64,000 nucleotides of DNA, taken from the NCBI RefSeq assembly GCF_001194135.2, contig NC_069000.1:24190438-24254437 (forward strand), read 5' to 3'. Below are positions 51,025 through 63,061 of this stretch, one piece after another. The DNA comes from Octopus bimaculoides (lineage: Eukaryota). Position numbers and translations under genes: made by a program. Under the pieces are notes generated by a model, which did no database searches, was not told the DNA's origin, and saw nothing but the letters and a program-made list of their open reading frames with translations. Position 1 is the first letter of the stretch. Each line of letters opens with the position of its first letter.

Positions 51025-52374
51025 GGTGTACACACATTTGTTGGGTCTAGCACAATTTCCATCTACTAAATTCCACACACAAAATATTGGTCAACTTGAA
51101 TCATTGGTTAAAAAGCCGTGGATTCTAAACCTCAGGACTACATGGTGGTGAAGCGAACTTGTTAACCATATAATCATGCCTGTGCTTCGTGCAATAAACC
51201 ACACATATGGAATTGTGCCTGTCATCTCTTTGTTATAGACGTCAAATACCTACAATTTAGAGTGGTAGTAAACTCCGAGAAAGCCATGTATACGATGCCA
51301 TTTCTATTCCTTGTTGAGTTACTGAACTCAGTTAGATGTTCATAATTTTCTCTTACTTAAAATGAGATGTGACCTTAGGGAGCCTGGAGTCCTAGTCTTT
51401 GGCAATGACAGAGCATTTCATGTTTAAAATCCGAAAATCTAAAGGTAGAAAGACCCATGTTTCGCGGAAAGGATTCACACACACACACACNNNNNNNNNN
51501 NNNNNNNNNNNNNNNNNNNNNNNNNNNNNNNNNNNNNNNNNNNNNNNNNNNNNNNNNNNNNNNNNNNNNNNNNNNNNNNNNNNNNNNNNNNNNNNNNNNN
51601 NNNNNNNNNNNNNNNNNNNNNNNNNNNNNNNNNNNNNNNNNNNNNNNNNNNNNNNNNNNNNNNNNNNNNNNNNNNNNNNNNNNNNNNNNNNNNNNNNNNN
51701 NNNNNNNNNNNNNNNNNNNNNNNNNNNNNNNNNNNNNNNNNNNNNNNNNNNNNNNNNNNNNNNNNNNNNNNNNNNNNNNNNNNNNNNNNNNNNNNNNNNN
51801 NNNNNNNNNNNNNNNNNNNNNNNNNNNNNNNNNNNNNNNNNNNNNNNNNNNNNNNNNNNNNNNNNNNNNNNNNNNNNNNNNNNNNNNNNNNNNNNNNNNN
51901 NNNNNNNNNNNNNNNNNNNNNNNNNNNNNNNNNNNNNNNNNNNNNNNNNNNNNNNNNNNNNNNNNNNNNNNNNNNNNNNNNNNNNNNNNNNNNNNNNNNN
52001 NNNNNNNNNNNNNNNNNNNNNNNNNNNNNNNNNNNNNNNNNNNNNNNNNNNNNNNNNNNNNNNNNNNNNNNNNNNNNNNNNNNNNNNNNNNNNNNNNNNN
52101 NNNNNNNNNNNNNNNNNNNNNNNNNNNNNNNNNNNNNNNNNNNNNNNNNNNNNNNNNNNNNNNNNNNNNNNNNNNNNNNNNNNNNNNNNNNNNNNNNNNN
52201 NNNNNNNNNNNNNNNNNNNNNNNNNNNNNNNNNNNNNNNNNNNNNNNNNNNNNNNNNNNNNNNNNNNNNNNNNNNNNNNNNNNNNNNNNNNNNNNNNNNN
52301 NNNNNNNNNNNNNNNNNNNNNNNNNNNNNNNNNNNNNNNNNNNNNNNNNNNNNNNNNNNNTATATATATAAATG

Positions 52375-52500
52375 TCAGCTTCTTTTAGTTTCCGTCTACT
52401 AAATCCCCTCACAAGATTTTGGTCGGCCCGAGGCTATGGTAGAAGACACTTGCCCAAGGTGCCACGCAGTGGGACTGAACCCGGAACTACACAGCCTCGT
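52375..52500 (-). mobile_element. SINE family A fragment (another at about 51030-51180)
   Basis: tttccgtctact...ggtcggcccgaggctatggtagaagacacttgcccaaggtgccacgcagtgggactgaacc. Confidence 0.85.
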
Positions 52501-53674
52501 CTGCGCCTGTATATGTATATGTTTATGTCAGGTCACTGTTAGTGCTATTGGTAACATGTAACTCAGTACAACCTACCTCCTGGTAGGGCTTTCGGCCACT
52601 AAACCGGCAACCCTATCAAGCCTGCTTGGTAGGGAGGGCGGTTTTCGATGGTCACCCTGCAGGACGAAAATCAAAATCTTTCAAAGGAAGGATGGATTTA
52701 GTAGAATCAACGGTCATCCAACACATCGGAATGAGAGACTCGTAGTCTTTGTTTAGACATCTCTTTACGAGAAGGTGATTTTGAAATAACGACTGCCACA
52801 TTGCGAAACTGGAGATTCTGCACTCGGTTGTTTCTGGTTTTGTAGGCAAGAGTCTTAATGGGGAAGTACAGAGTGTTATTGACTTGAAATTTCAGCATGG
52901 GCATTGCTGACAGCCATTGTCTTTAACAAATAAGATAATTTGTTAGTGAGTGTCATACTCGTCTCCAAGTTGACAGCCACCATGTGTGTAGGTATGTATA
53001 TACTTATGTCTGAATATGTAATATGTACTTATGCACTTATATGTGTATTTGTGAGTGTGTCCGTGTGCTTTTATGTGTTTATGCGTAGAGGGGTGTTAAT
53101 CTTCCGCTTGTTTTGGTTCGATGTCACCTTCACACTCAGCTCCTAGAACTGAATGTCATATGCTCTGTCTCCCTGTCTCCCTGTCTCCCTGTCTCCCTCT
53201 CACTTTCATTGTTAGAGCTGTTTTAACTTAGTGAACATGAGTGTATATTAACTTACTCAGGCATAGAACTCATGTCCACTGCCAAAACTAGTAAACTTAA
53301 CAAGTATTCAATGCTTATATTCACTGTCTCATTCTCCTTAGGGTCACTGCTCGAGTTCAAACAACATATTCAGGTAGGAGTATAAACAATTGGAAAATAT
53401 CCCTGGTGTGAACTGTGGGATGAAAACAATAAACCTTTTCCCCCTTAGATTAAATAAAGAGTCTAATTTGAAATTCCTTGAACATTACAGAATACAACAA
53501 GTACATGAAAAGGCCGGAAGGTACAACAGGCGAAACGTTAGAACTATAACATCTAAGAACGGGCTCTAGCCTAAATATGTCGGTGTGTGATTGAGAAAAT
53601 ACTCAGGAATCTATATAATTAAACAATCACACAAAAGTGCCAAACAATTTTAATCAACTTTTGCTAATACATAC

Positions 53675-53964
53675 GGCAGAAATCCTTGTCTCTCCAGTCA
53701 ACCGTATAACCATACTCCAGGCACAACTGAGCAAATGCTTCGATGTTGCTGCATAAGCTCTTCGTGATTGCATTTTGGTCCGATTCGTAGGCGCACACGT
53801 CAAACATGCAGGAATCAAAGTATTGTCGCGCCTGGTCTGTGTAGGCTGTATTGCACTCGGCGAAAACACTCTGTTTGTCGATGATGAATCCACAGTACAT
53901 GGCCGATGCGTACAACGCTTTGGTTGGCGGGGAGCAGTGTGTCACGAAATCGTGGGTTGTACAG
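53675..53964 (-). CDS. Exon of VWD/C8/EGF (zonadhesin/FCGBP/mucin-like) gene: C8 domain
   Basis: Acceptor acaacag|C and donor C|gtatgt; 290 bp, phase 2 to 1. Encodes CTTHDFVTHCSPPTKALYASAMYCGFIIDKQSVFAECNTAYTDQARQYFDSCMFDVCAYESDQNAITKSLCSNIEAFAQLCLEYGYTVDWRDKDFC, with C8-type Cys spacing and a terminal WR..FC motif. Confidence 0.9.
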
Positions 53965-54725
53965 CTGTTGTGTAATAATCATAATTATATTATTTTATAT
54001 ATAAACAAACAATAATTACAAGTTACAATTAAAATAAACATTTTAAAATTAAATAGCTAACCCACGTCTTCTAGACTGAATCAGAGCGCCCTAGGGCTCT
54101 AACATCTCGTTCTCCCCAGTAAGCATACTTTCTGCGTGGTTTTCATCCAGGTCGTTTAGCAGATCTATCTGGAATAGAGCCGCAACGTTAACATCCGTGT
54201 TATTCACTGTTTTGGAGGTGGCAGAAGGATTCCTCCCCGTATATCTTTGCTACCGCTTTTTCCCCCGTTTTCCCGTTCTTACCCTTTTGGCTGCCAGCCA
54301 CAGCCTGTTGCCCTTTTCAGCTTCCATTTACCTTTCATCATTTTTTTCCGCATAATAATTCTATTTATCAATAAAAAGCACGCCTGAAACAGCTGAAGTG
54401 AGTGAAACAGTCGAAGTGAGTGAACTACAGTTCATCTGTTGCTATTTGTTTATAATTCACCCTGTTCGGAACCTGCAATTCGTGCGAGTTATATATATAT
54501 ACTGAGTGCAGTACAATTGGTGCAGCGTTTGTACCCATGTGCAGCTTTGAGACTCGTGGTGTATTGAGTCGAACGTTTGTGATTGAACATGTAACTGGAA
54601 TATAAATCCGTATTTACTTCATTAAGTACGTATTTGTTCGTCAAATATTATATTGAGAGTACGTGACAAGAATTTCACTGATCTGACTATTTACTTTTTA
54701 AGGACTTGATTCGCTTGAATCCTGA

Positions 54726-54763
<38 letters not shown>

Positions 54764-55214
54764 AAAAGATAATAAGAGTGAAAAGACTACAGAAGGCTTG
54801 TGTTACATGGTTAAAGTATATATTTTAATTATGTCAGAAAAATGTAAGAAAAATGTTAGAAAAATGTTATAAAATCTTTTTGGTATATAAACATTGTATT
54901 TTGAGAAATAACCGGTTTCGTGTTGTCTTTTCAAATTTCTCTACTTCATTGTGTCGTGTTCCANNNNNNNNNNNNNNNNNNNNNNNNNNNNNNNNNNNNN
55001 NNNNNNNNNNNNNNNNNNNNNNNNNNNNNNNNNNNNNNNNNNNNNNNNNNNNNNNNNNNNNNNNNNNNNNNNNNNNNNNNNNNNNNNNNNNNNNNNNNNN
55101 NNNNNNNNNNNNNNNNNNNNNNNNNNNNNNNNNNNNNNNNNNNNNNNNNNNNNNNNNNNNNNNNNNNNNNNNNNNNNNNNNNTATACATAATCTTTTACC
55201 TTTCAGTGTGATTG

Positions 55215-55410
55215 GGTTTCTTTTCTGTATTGTTTCTGGCGAAATAACGAGTTAGACGGAGCTGCTCGTTTTTATGCCTTCTGTTGTGGGTTCATCTGGT
55301 ATCTCAGATAAAAAATTTTCCAGACGTTCTTTGAACATTTCCACATTTACCCTTCCCAAATCTCTGAGGTTGTTTGGCAGGATGGTGAATTGTTGAGGGC
55401 CCTTCAAACC
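55215..55410 (-). mobile_element. CR1/L2-group LINE 3' end
   Basis: GPQQFTILPNNLRDLGRVNVEMFKERLENFLSEIPDEP, then frameshifted RAAPSNSL, matches the GP.LFN.LP...FK..LD.FL..IPDEP..RAA..NSL terminus. Confidence 0.75.
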
Positions 55411-55840
55411 CATATATGTATTTATTATTCACACCTTTATAGATATCTATTCTCTACTTGGAACAACTAAATATTTAAAATATTCAACATATTATCTTCT
55501 TAGAATAAGAAAATTCTCACTACACACCCTACATATGTTAATTCAAAGCAGTAAAGTAATTTATACAATGCATTTTAACAACATACACTTCCTAATGCAA
55601 GTAAAAGTCATCACGACAATGGCTTTGCACACGTGACTAATATTGATTGTCATACGTCACAACCTCATAGAAGGCACTTTACTTCCCAACTTTTCTTCCC
55701 AGAATATCAAAGACTGGAAATTTACCACGTTTTACAGACAGTTGTTGCCTAATAGATGTTTAAATTGCAACCGTATTAATCTTCCACGTCTGCTGGGACC
55801 TGCATCAATGGCCATGAACACTATCATCTCTAATAAATAC

Positions 55841-55896
<56 letters not shown>

Positions 55897-56894
55897 CACA
55901 TAATACGCAGCGCACGCACACACACATACACACACAGACATACACGTTCATACATATGTATATATGTACATATACATACATATATACATATCTATCTATC
56001 TATCTATCTATCTATCTANNNNNNNNNNNNNNNNNNNNNNNNNNNNNNNNNNNNNNNNNNNNNNNNNNNNNNNNNNNNNNNNNNNNNNNNNNNNNNNNNN
56101 NNNNNNNNNNNNNNNNNNCACCACCTATATACTACATACGCGCATTCCTTCCTACCCACTAGACCTTTAAACCTCATCCCCCATCTCCTCCATCCATTTT
56201 CACATTCTGTCTTCATGACTTGACCTAATTACCGCTCATCCTTCACTTGACTTGGCCATTCTTCAAGTAAACAAGCTAAAATCCATCGCAGTATGGCGTA
56301 TATTCACCTCTGCTATCTATGCTNNNNNNNNNNNNNNNNNNNNNNNNNNNNNNNNNNNNNNNNNNNNNNNNNNNNNNNNNNNNNNNNNNNNNNNNNNNNN
56401 NNNNNNNNNNNNNNNNNNNNNNNNNNNNNNNNNNNNNNNNNNNNNNNNNNNNNNNNNNNNNNNNNNNNNNNNNNNNNNNNNNNNNNNNNNNNNNNNNNNN
56501 NNNNNNNNNNNNNNNNNNNNNNNNNNNNNNNNNNNNNNNNNNNNNNNNNNNNNNNNNNNNNNNNNNNNNNNNNNNNNNNNNNNNNNNNNNNNNNNNNNNN
56601 NNNNNNNNNNNNNNNNNNNNNNNNNNNNNNNNNNNNNNNNNNNNNNNNNNNNNNNNNNNNNNNNNNNNNNNNNNNNNNNNNNNNNNNNNNNNNNNNNNNN
56701 NNNNNNNNNNNNNNNNNNNNNNNNNNNNNNNNNNNNNNNNNNNNNNNNNNNNNNNNNNNNNNNNNNNNNNNNNNNNNNNNNNNNNNNNNNNNNNNNNNNN
56801 NNNNNNNNNNNNNNNNNNNNNNNNNNNNNNNNNNNNNNNNNNNNNNNNNNNNNNNNNNNNNNNNNNNNNNNNNNNNNNNNNNNNNNGCTTGTAA

Positions 56895-57238
56895 AGAATA
56901 AAAAGTTTTGAATGGTACAACAATGCACTATAATACAAAAAATGGACTATATACTTGTTGTAATTTAGTTATTCATAGTCCGATGATATTTCAGAATACA
57001 ATTCCTTCTTCAGATATTCTAAGATAGAGTCGCTGCTATAATTGGTTTTCCAACGGCTTTTTTTTTTCTTAAAAAGTCGTTGGAAAACCGATTATAGCAG
57101 CGACTCTATCTAAGAATATATGAAGAAAGAATTGTATTCCGAAATATCATCGGACTATGAATAACTAAATTACAACAGGTATATAGTCCATTTTTTGTAT
57201 TATAGTGCATTGCTGTACCATTCAAAACTTTTTATTCT
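56895..57238. repeat. About 345-bp near-perfect hairpin
   Basis: Arms of about 168 bp with 8 mismatches by eye; T-rich loop near 57063-57070. Confidence 0.95.
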
Positions 57239-57997
57239 ACATATATCTATAAAATAAGAGTATAGATAGGCAACAAACTGGTATCTGGTCAGATTATGAC
57301 ATCTATATATTTATATATTGATATATCCTGAAGGTAGAGAAGAATTTTCAGGAGTTTTGATCGCAAGAGATCAATTAAAGACCTGTTGAGGAATGTTCTT
57401 AATGGTTGCGATATATGGTGGTATTCCCCCGGAAATGTTACAATGTAAGTCCGTATTATTGATTTTAGCTAATAGATTAAGGTAGGTCATCATAGGTAAA
57501 ATCCAAAGCTGGATGAGAAGAAGGAAGATGTTGTGCATACAGCCCTTACAACTGTTTCAAGAACAGATGCACAGTTAGTTCAATGCCCTGCAAACAGTCT
57601 GCAGCCAGCATTTTTCGTGAGATTGCCGCTAAAATGCTGGCTGATGACTGCTAGCAAGGAATTACAACAATTATGTATCTATTCTTGAAACAGCTGTAAG
57701 GGATACATACACACCTCCTTCCTTTTCATCTAACTTTGGATTTTCATCTATGATGACCGACCTTAATCTGCTAACTAATATCGATAATACGGACTTATAA
57801 CTATTCCGGGGGAATACTACCATATACCACAACCATTAGGAACATTCCTCAACCAGTCTGTTATTGATCTCTTGCGATCAACTCCTGAAACATTCCTCTC
57901 TACCCTCAGGATATATCAGTATAAAAATATATAGATGCCATAATCTGACCAGTTACCAGTTCTTTGTCTATCTATACTGTTATTCTTTTATATATGT
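57238..57997. repeat. About 760-bp diverged hairpin abutting the previous one
   Basis: Inner stem cagccagcatttt/aaaatgctggctg around a 16-nt loop (57615-57630). The arms align out to tacatatat at both ends. Confidence 0.92.
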
Positions 57998-58708
57998 ACC
58001 GGCTCGATTGAAACACTGTCTACAGCCAATCTTCATTTAGGTGGCTATAACCTTCCTGCATTTTTAGCGTTATACCAATGCATCGATAACAATGCATTTA
58101 CCTTTATTTTTATATTATTTTAAATTTCATTTTTATCTTGATCTTAATATTTTTATGCGTGCGCAAAAGTGAGAAAAAGGCACAGCTTTGCCGTGAATAT
58201 GTGTGAAAACGGATGTGTCTATGCTTTCTCTTATGTATGTTTGTATGTGAATACTGTTGCTTACAAGCTTTTGGTGAGGTCATTAGCCTAAGCGACATTA
58301 ACGTCTATATTCCTTTAACTTGACATTTCCTTCCTATTATAACCCCACCTCTTTTACTGCTTTTATTCTCTTCCATCTCATCCTCCCCTAAATTCTCTTA
58401 ACGCTTTTATTCTTTCTCTACTTCATCGTCTCTCTCTCCCGCTCTCTCTTCTTCTCTCTTCCTCTCTCCCCACTCTCTCGTTCTCTCACCTATTTTTCTT
58501 CCTCCGACGACACGTAGCTACTATGGACACTGACATTTAACTCATGGACTAAAGACAAAGTATTACTGTTCTTTTTTTTCTCAAACAAAAACGTCAGAAG
58601 CGTCAGTAACTCTTCGCCCAACAGAATACAGATACGAAAGCCTCTAAACATGATCTTCCACACACACACACACTTATACATATGAATGCGTGTTTGTGTA
58701 TGCGTGTA

Positions 58709-59134
58709 CATGTGTGTACATGTGCGTGGTGAAATTGTTATGGTTTTTGGATAATAACTGGTGAAGGAAGAGCATGTTCCCGTCTTGCGTGTGACTTTTC
58801 CATTTGTTCCTTTGTTGGCCTTTTGTGCAATTTTTGAATCTCATTGTATATATACATATATAAACAATATATATAACAATATATCGGTGCGAATGGTTTT
58901 GCTGCTAGCTTCTTTCCACATAGTCACAGTTGCGCCTATATATATATAAAAGTTATATATATATAGTTATTATATATAGTGTTTATATATGTATATATAC
59001 AATGAGATTCAAAATTGCACAAATGGCCAACAAAGGAACAAATGGAAAAGTCACGCGCAAAACGGGAACATGCTCTTCCTTCACTAGTTATTATCCAAAA
59101 ACCATAACAATTTCACCACGCACACATACACATG
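58709..59134. repeat. About 425-bp hairpin with a roughly 52-nt loop
   Basis: 58721-58860 versus 58980-59124 differ at about 5 positions by eye; loop about 58885-58936. Confidence 0.93.
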
Positions 59135-59399
59135 CTCACCCACACTCATGTGAAACATTTGCATGTACACCCACATATATAAGCAACCATACACATGTAC
59201 ATATATACATACCCGCACACACACACGCGCGCACAAAAAAGTTCATATACACGTCTATATATGCACGTGCACAAGAAAAATGCAAGGTGAAAGGTAAAAT
59301 GCAGAAAAAATGGGTAAAAATATATAAAGCAATAAAAATATAAAAATATATCTATAAATATGTAAAAAATATGTAAAAAATATATAAAAACATATATAT

Positions 59400-62300
59400 A
59401 AAAAGTATAGGGAGATAAAAAGCTTGTACGTGGACACAATATAATAAGCAAGTTCTATCTGTGATCTTGGGGTGGGGGACCAAAAACGTAACAAATATTT
59501 AGCCATATGTGGACATGATCCAAAAAGTTCAGTTCTTGAGTTAGACATGTAGCGGGGTCTAAGCTGCTTTTCCAGATGAACCATCTTTCCATATCACAAA
59601 GACCGCCCTTTCCACTGCCGTTGGTGGAAATATGAGAATATGAGAGAAGCCCGTCGTGTAGCCTAGAGTCTCCCCCAGGACGTCATCACACTGAGCCTCT
59701 NNNNNNNNNNNNNNNNNNNNNNNNNNNNNNNNNNNNNNNNNNNNNNNNNNNNNNNNNNNNNNNNNNNNNNNNNNNNNNNNNNNNNNNNNNNNNNNNNNNN
59801 NNNNNNNNNNNNNNNNNNNNNNNNNNNNNNNNNNNNNNNNNNNNNNNNNNNNNNNNNNNNNNNNNNNNNNNNNNNNNNNNNNNNNNNNNNNNNNNNNNNN
59901 NNNNNNNNNNNNNNNNNNNNNNNNNNNNNNNNNNNNNNNNNNNNNNNNNNNNNNNNNNNNNNGCCTCAGCCTCAGCGCATGTCTGTACATCAACAGCCAA
60001 GGCATCCCTAGCCCACCCTTTAGCAGGTACTGGCAGCAGACAGAGAGCTTTACAAAAGGACTTCTACTCCCACCACAAAAAGCGGAAGAGCAGCCGCTCC
60101 AACTTGATCATCCACAAACGGGGGAAAAGCACGACAGTTGGGCGGTAGGTAATCACAGAAGCGATAAACACTCCTGCGACCTCCGCCCTTCCTTGCAGGG
60201 ATAGCCACCGCTTAGACCAGGTCTGAGTTAGGTAGGTCACCCTGACCGTCACCTCTCTCCAATTCTTCTCTATCTGGAGGTCTGGACCAAACCAAACCAA
60301 ACCCCCAGTATTTTAACCGGCCCCCCTCCGTCCATCGCCCTACGACGTTGTTGGGAGATATCGTCTTGCCTCTCCAGGTGTTGAGTTGCAAGCCGACTGA
60401 CTTATCCCGGTTAACTTTTGCTCCTGCCACCGCCTCGTAGTCCTTAATGGCTTTGCCTAACCTCTGTAGGTGTACCATCTCGGACACGATGATGGTGATG
60501 TCATTCGCGTACGCCGAAACCTTCCTATTGCAATCTAGATCGCGTGGGACGCCCTTCAAGCCTTCCAACTTCCGCAGTAAGGGCTCAAGAGCCAACACAT
60601 ACAAAAGTGGGGAAAGAAGACATCCTTGACGAAGAGAGCGTTTGATGTTGAACGGCTTCGAGAAGAACCCGTTCACCCAAACGATCGACTCGATGTTGCT
60701 GTATAAAGCAATGATCCAACCGCGGAAGACGGGGCCGAGCGCGAATGCTGCGAAGATCAACACCAGATACCGATGGTCAACCCTGTTAAATGGACCAGCG
60801 CCCCACCCTTGCCAGGAGACCCGTAAACCCTCTCTAAAGTGTAGCGTAGAAGGTGGAGATTGTCGTGTATGGATCTGCTAGGAACGGCACAAATGTGTGC
60901 TTCCCCGACGATTCCACCCACGACACGCGCCAATTTTTTTGCTAACACCTTGGCCAAAATCTTCAACTCTGCTGCCACTCCCGAAAAGTAGGGCGAAATA
61001 CTCCTGAAAGACCTTACACATCTCCTCGGGTTAGTTTACCAAGTTCTTTTGATTATTCATCAAAGACCTTATAATGCCATAACTTATCTAAGTCCAGCGT
61101 ACAAGTCACAAATTTGTGATCACTGTAGCTGACATAGTGAAATTGTGGACGACTATCTAGGTTTTTGTCTATTTCTCTAATTAGAATCCTGTCTAAATAA
61201 GATCTAGATGACCCATCACTATTAGTCCATGTCCACAATGGAGCGTCTGGGACATCTGGTCTGTATCTATCTGCCAGCTGAAGTCGACTGAGCAGCTTAT
61301 TGAAGCACGGGTTCCCCCTCCTGTTAATAGACCAGCTAACGGAATCTACGCGTGCATCGCAGATTACGTTAAAGTCACCTAACATTATTATGGTGTGAGA
61401 TGTCCCAAGAAACTTCTCCATGTGTAATGTGTAATGCTGTGTGGGCGTTTGTATGTCACTTAGTTCTTTCTTTTATCTTTTTTAAAGTTCTTTGGGGGTG
61501 GGGAGCTTTTAATGTCTTTACTCTTGGACTTCATCTCTGCTCTCGGCATCTACCTCCTCCGTATCTTCCTTCAGTTTCTCGTCCCTGCTACTTTCCGTTT
61601 GTCTCATCTCCATTGATGTTTGGTTGTTAAGAAGGGGACAATTTGCCTTAATATGGCTCTTCTCTCTGCAGTGGTAGCATGTGGAAGGTCTTCCCTCCAC
61701 TACCACACGCAGCTTCATCTCTTCTGGCAACTCTATTTCTTCTGTTATTTCTTGTAGGTCTAGTGTGGTGGCCTGGATTATGACTTCTAGGCCATATCCC
61801 CAGCAGTTCAGCTGTTTAGCACGGCTCATCTGCAGTATTTGAGGGTCGTCCTTTGTGTCTATTAAGATATCTGCAAGCAGTCCCATCTCGTTGATCTCTG
61901 GGGGCACCCTGCCAATCCTCACTCTCGCTACTCGTTTACCGAGGTATGTTGGCAGGAGTGCCCATTTTTCCGTTTTCAAGGTTACAGTGGAGTGCTTTGT
62001 TGCCTCCTCCACAGTCGGGAAGCGTACCTCCACTGTGCCAAACTTCCTTCCTCTACAATAGAATTCGATGTTACTTATCTCTTTCAAGCATTCTTCCAAA
62101 TCTTCTTCGTTCGCCATTTCTATTTTCTTACTTGCTAGTGAAAGGGTTTTGTAGACCACTGTTTTTTTTTCGTTTTTGCTTCTTGGCGGCGTCAATTTTA
62201 ATCTTGATCCTTCTCTTTGTATCAGTTTTTTGCTGTTTCTTACTATTTCGAAGTCGACTGGCACCTCCCTGACTTCCAGCTGTCTCACAGTTGCTGCAGT

Positions 62301-62540
62301 ATTATCTCTGCCTGCTACTGAAGCAATTCCTCCATGCTCCCTGCAATTTTCGCCCCCCCCACCACTGGGGAAGAAAACACCACAAGAGCAAACCATACAA
62401 GTTAGACTATTACCAACAACAGGTAACCCCGCTAGGGAGGACCTTCAACAAAGGACAACCTATCCGCAATGATACAAAATCAACTCTGAACGATGCAATC
62501 TCTTCGAAAAGATGATTGGAACAACAGTGAAAAACATCGG
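59400..62540 (-). mobile_element. Tx1-clade LINE (ORF1, AP endonuclease, RT), internally deleted and frameshifted
   Basis: ORF1 61518-62396 with the zinc knuckle CYHCREKSHIKANCP. Endonuclease MLGDFN...WTNSDGSSRSYLDRIL...SDH. RT RSIHDNL, RQGCLLSPLLYVLALEPLL, AYANDITI. C-terminal LSLQGR...FLW...GGLG. Confidence 0.92.
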
Positions 62541-63007
62541 TGTTAATTTATTGATGCATTTGGGCAAGTCTATGTCTGTATTATCAGACAATTGCAAAAA
62601 AACTGTTTAAAAAAATTCAAAACTCTGCAAAAATCCGGTACAATTTTTTTATGGTTCAAAACGTTGCTTACTTTTTACTCAGCCTCATATATTGCTAGCA
62701 GTGGAGAACGAAGCCCTATCACCTTCTAGCAGAAAAACATACACGCATGGGGGCGCACACACACGCATTTGTAAATACATATATAATACATACATATACA
62801 TAAATTGAAATATGAATATGTAATCATTTAGAAGGAAGGTAGACCGTTATATGAAGGTGTAAACATTTGAAATATTAAAAAAAAAAATTAACTGAATATC
62901 TACAATCCGTACCTTATCACTTTTGAATCGACAGTTGAATGTTATATGTAAGAGATTTGGCTTCTATTTCTAGCAGAACATGAGATATTCATATGGGTTC
63001 CAGTAGA

Positions 63008-63061
<54 letters not shown>

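Noticed and set aside
52560-52900. Candidate TIL exon or short ORFs 52652-52904
   Set aside because: No TIL cysteine pattern in any minus frame. It looks like a retroelement 5' UTR fragment, but I cannot assign it.
54080-54700. Upstream VWD exon of the host gene
   Set aside because: Minus-strand frames contain stops and no VWD motifs. It resembles a LINE 5' UTR/ORF1 start of unknown family.
58755-58800. Hammerhead in the 58.7-kb hairpin arm (ctggtgaaggaagagcatgttcc cgtcttgcgtgtgac)
   Set aside because: There is a stem II-like hairpin, but the core is CUGGUGA/CUAGUGA and GAAA is replaced by pyrimidines in both arms.
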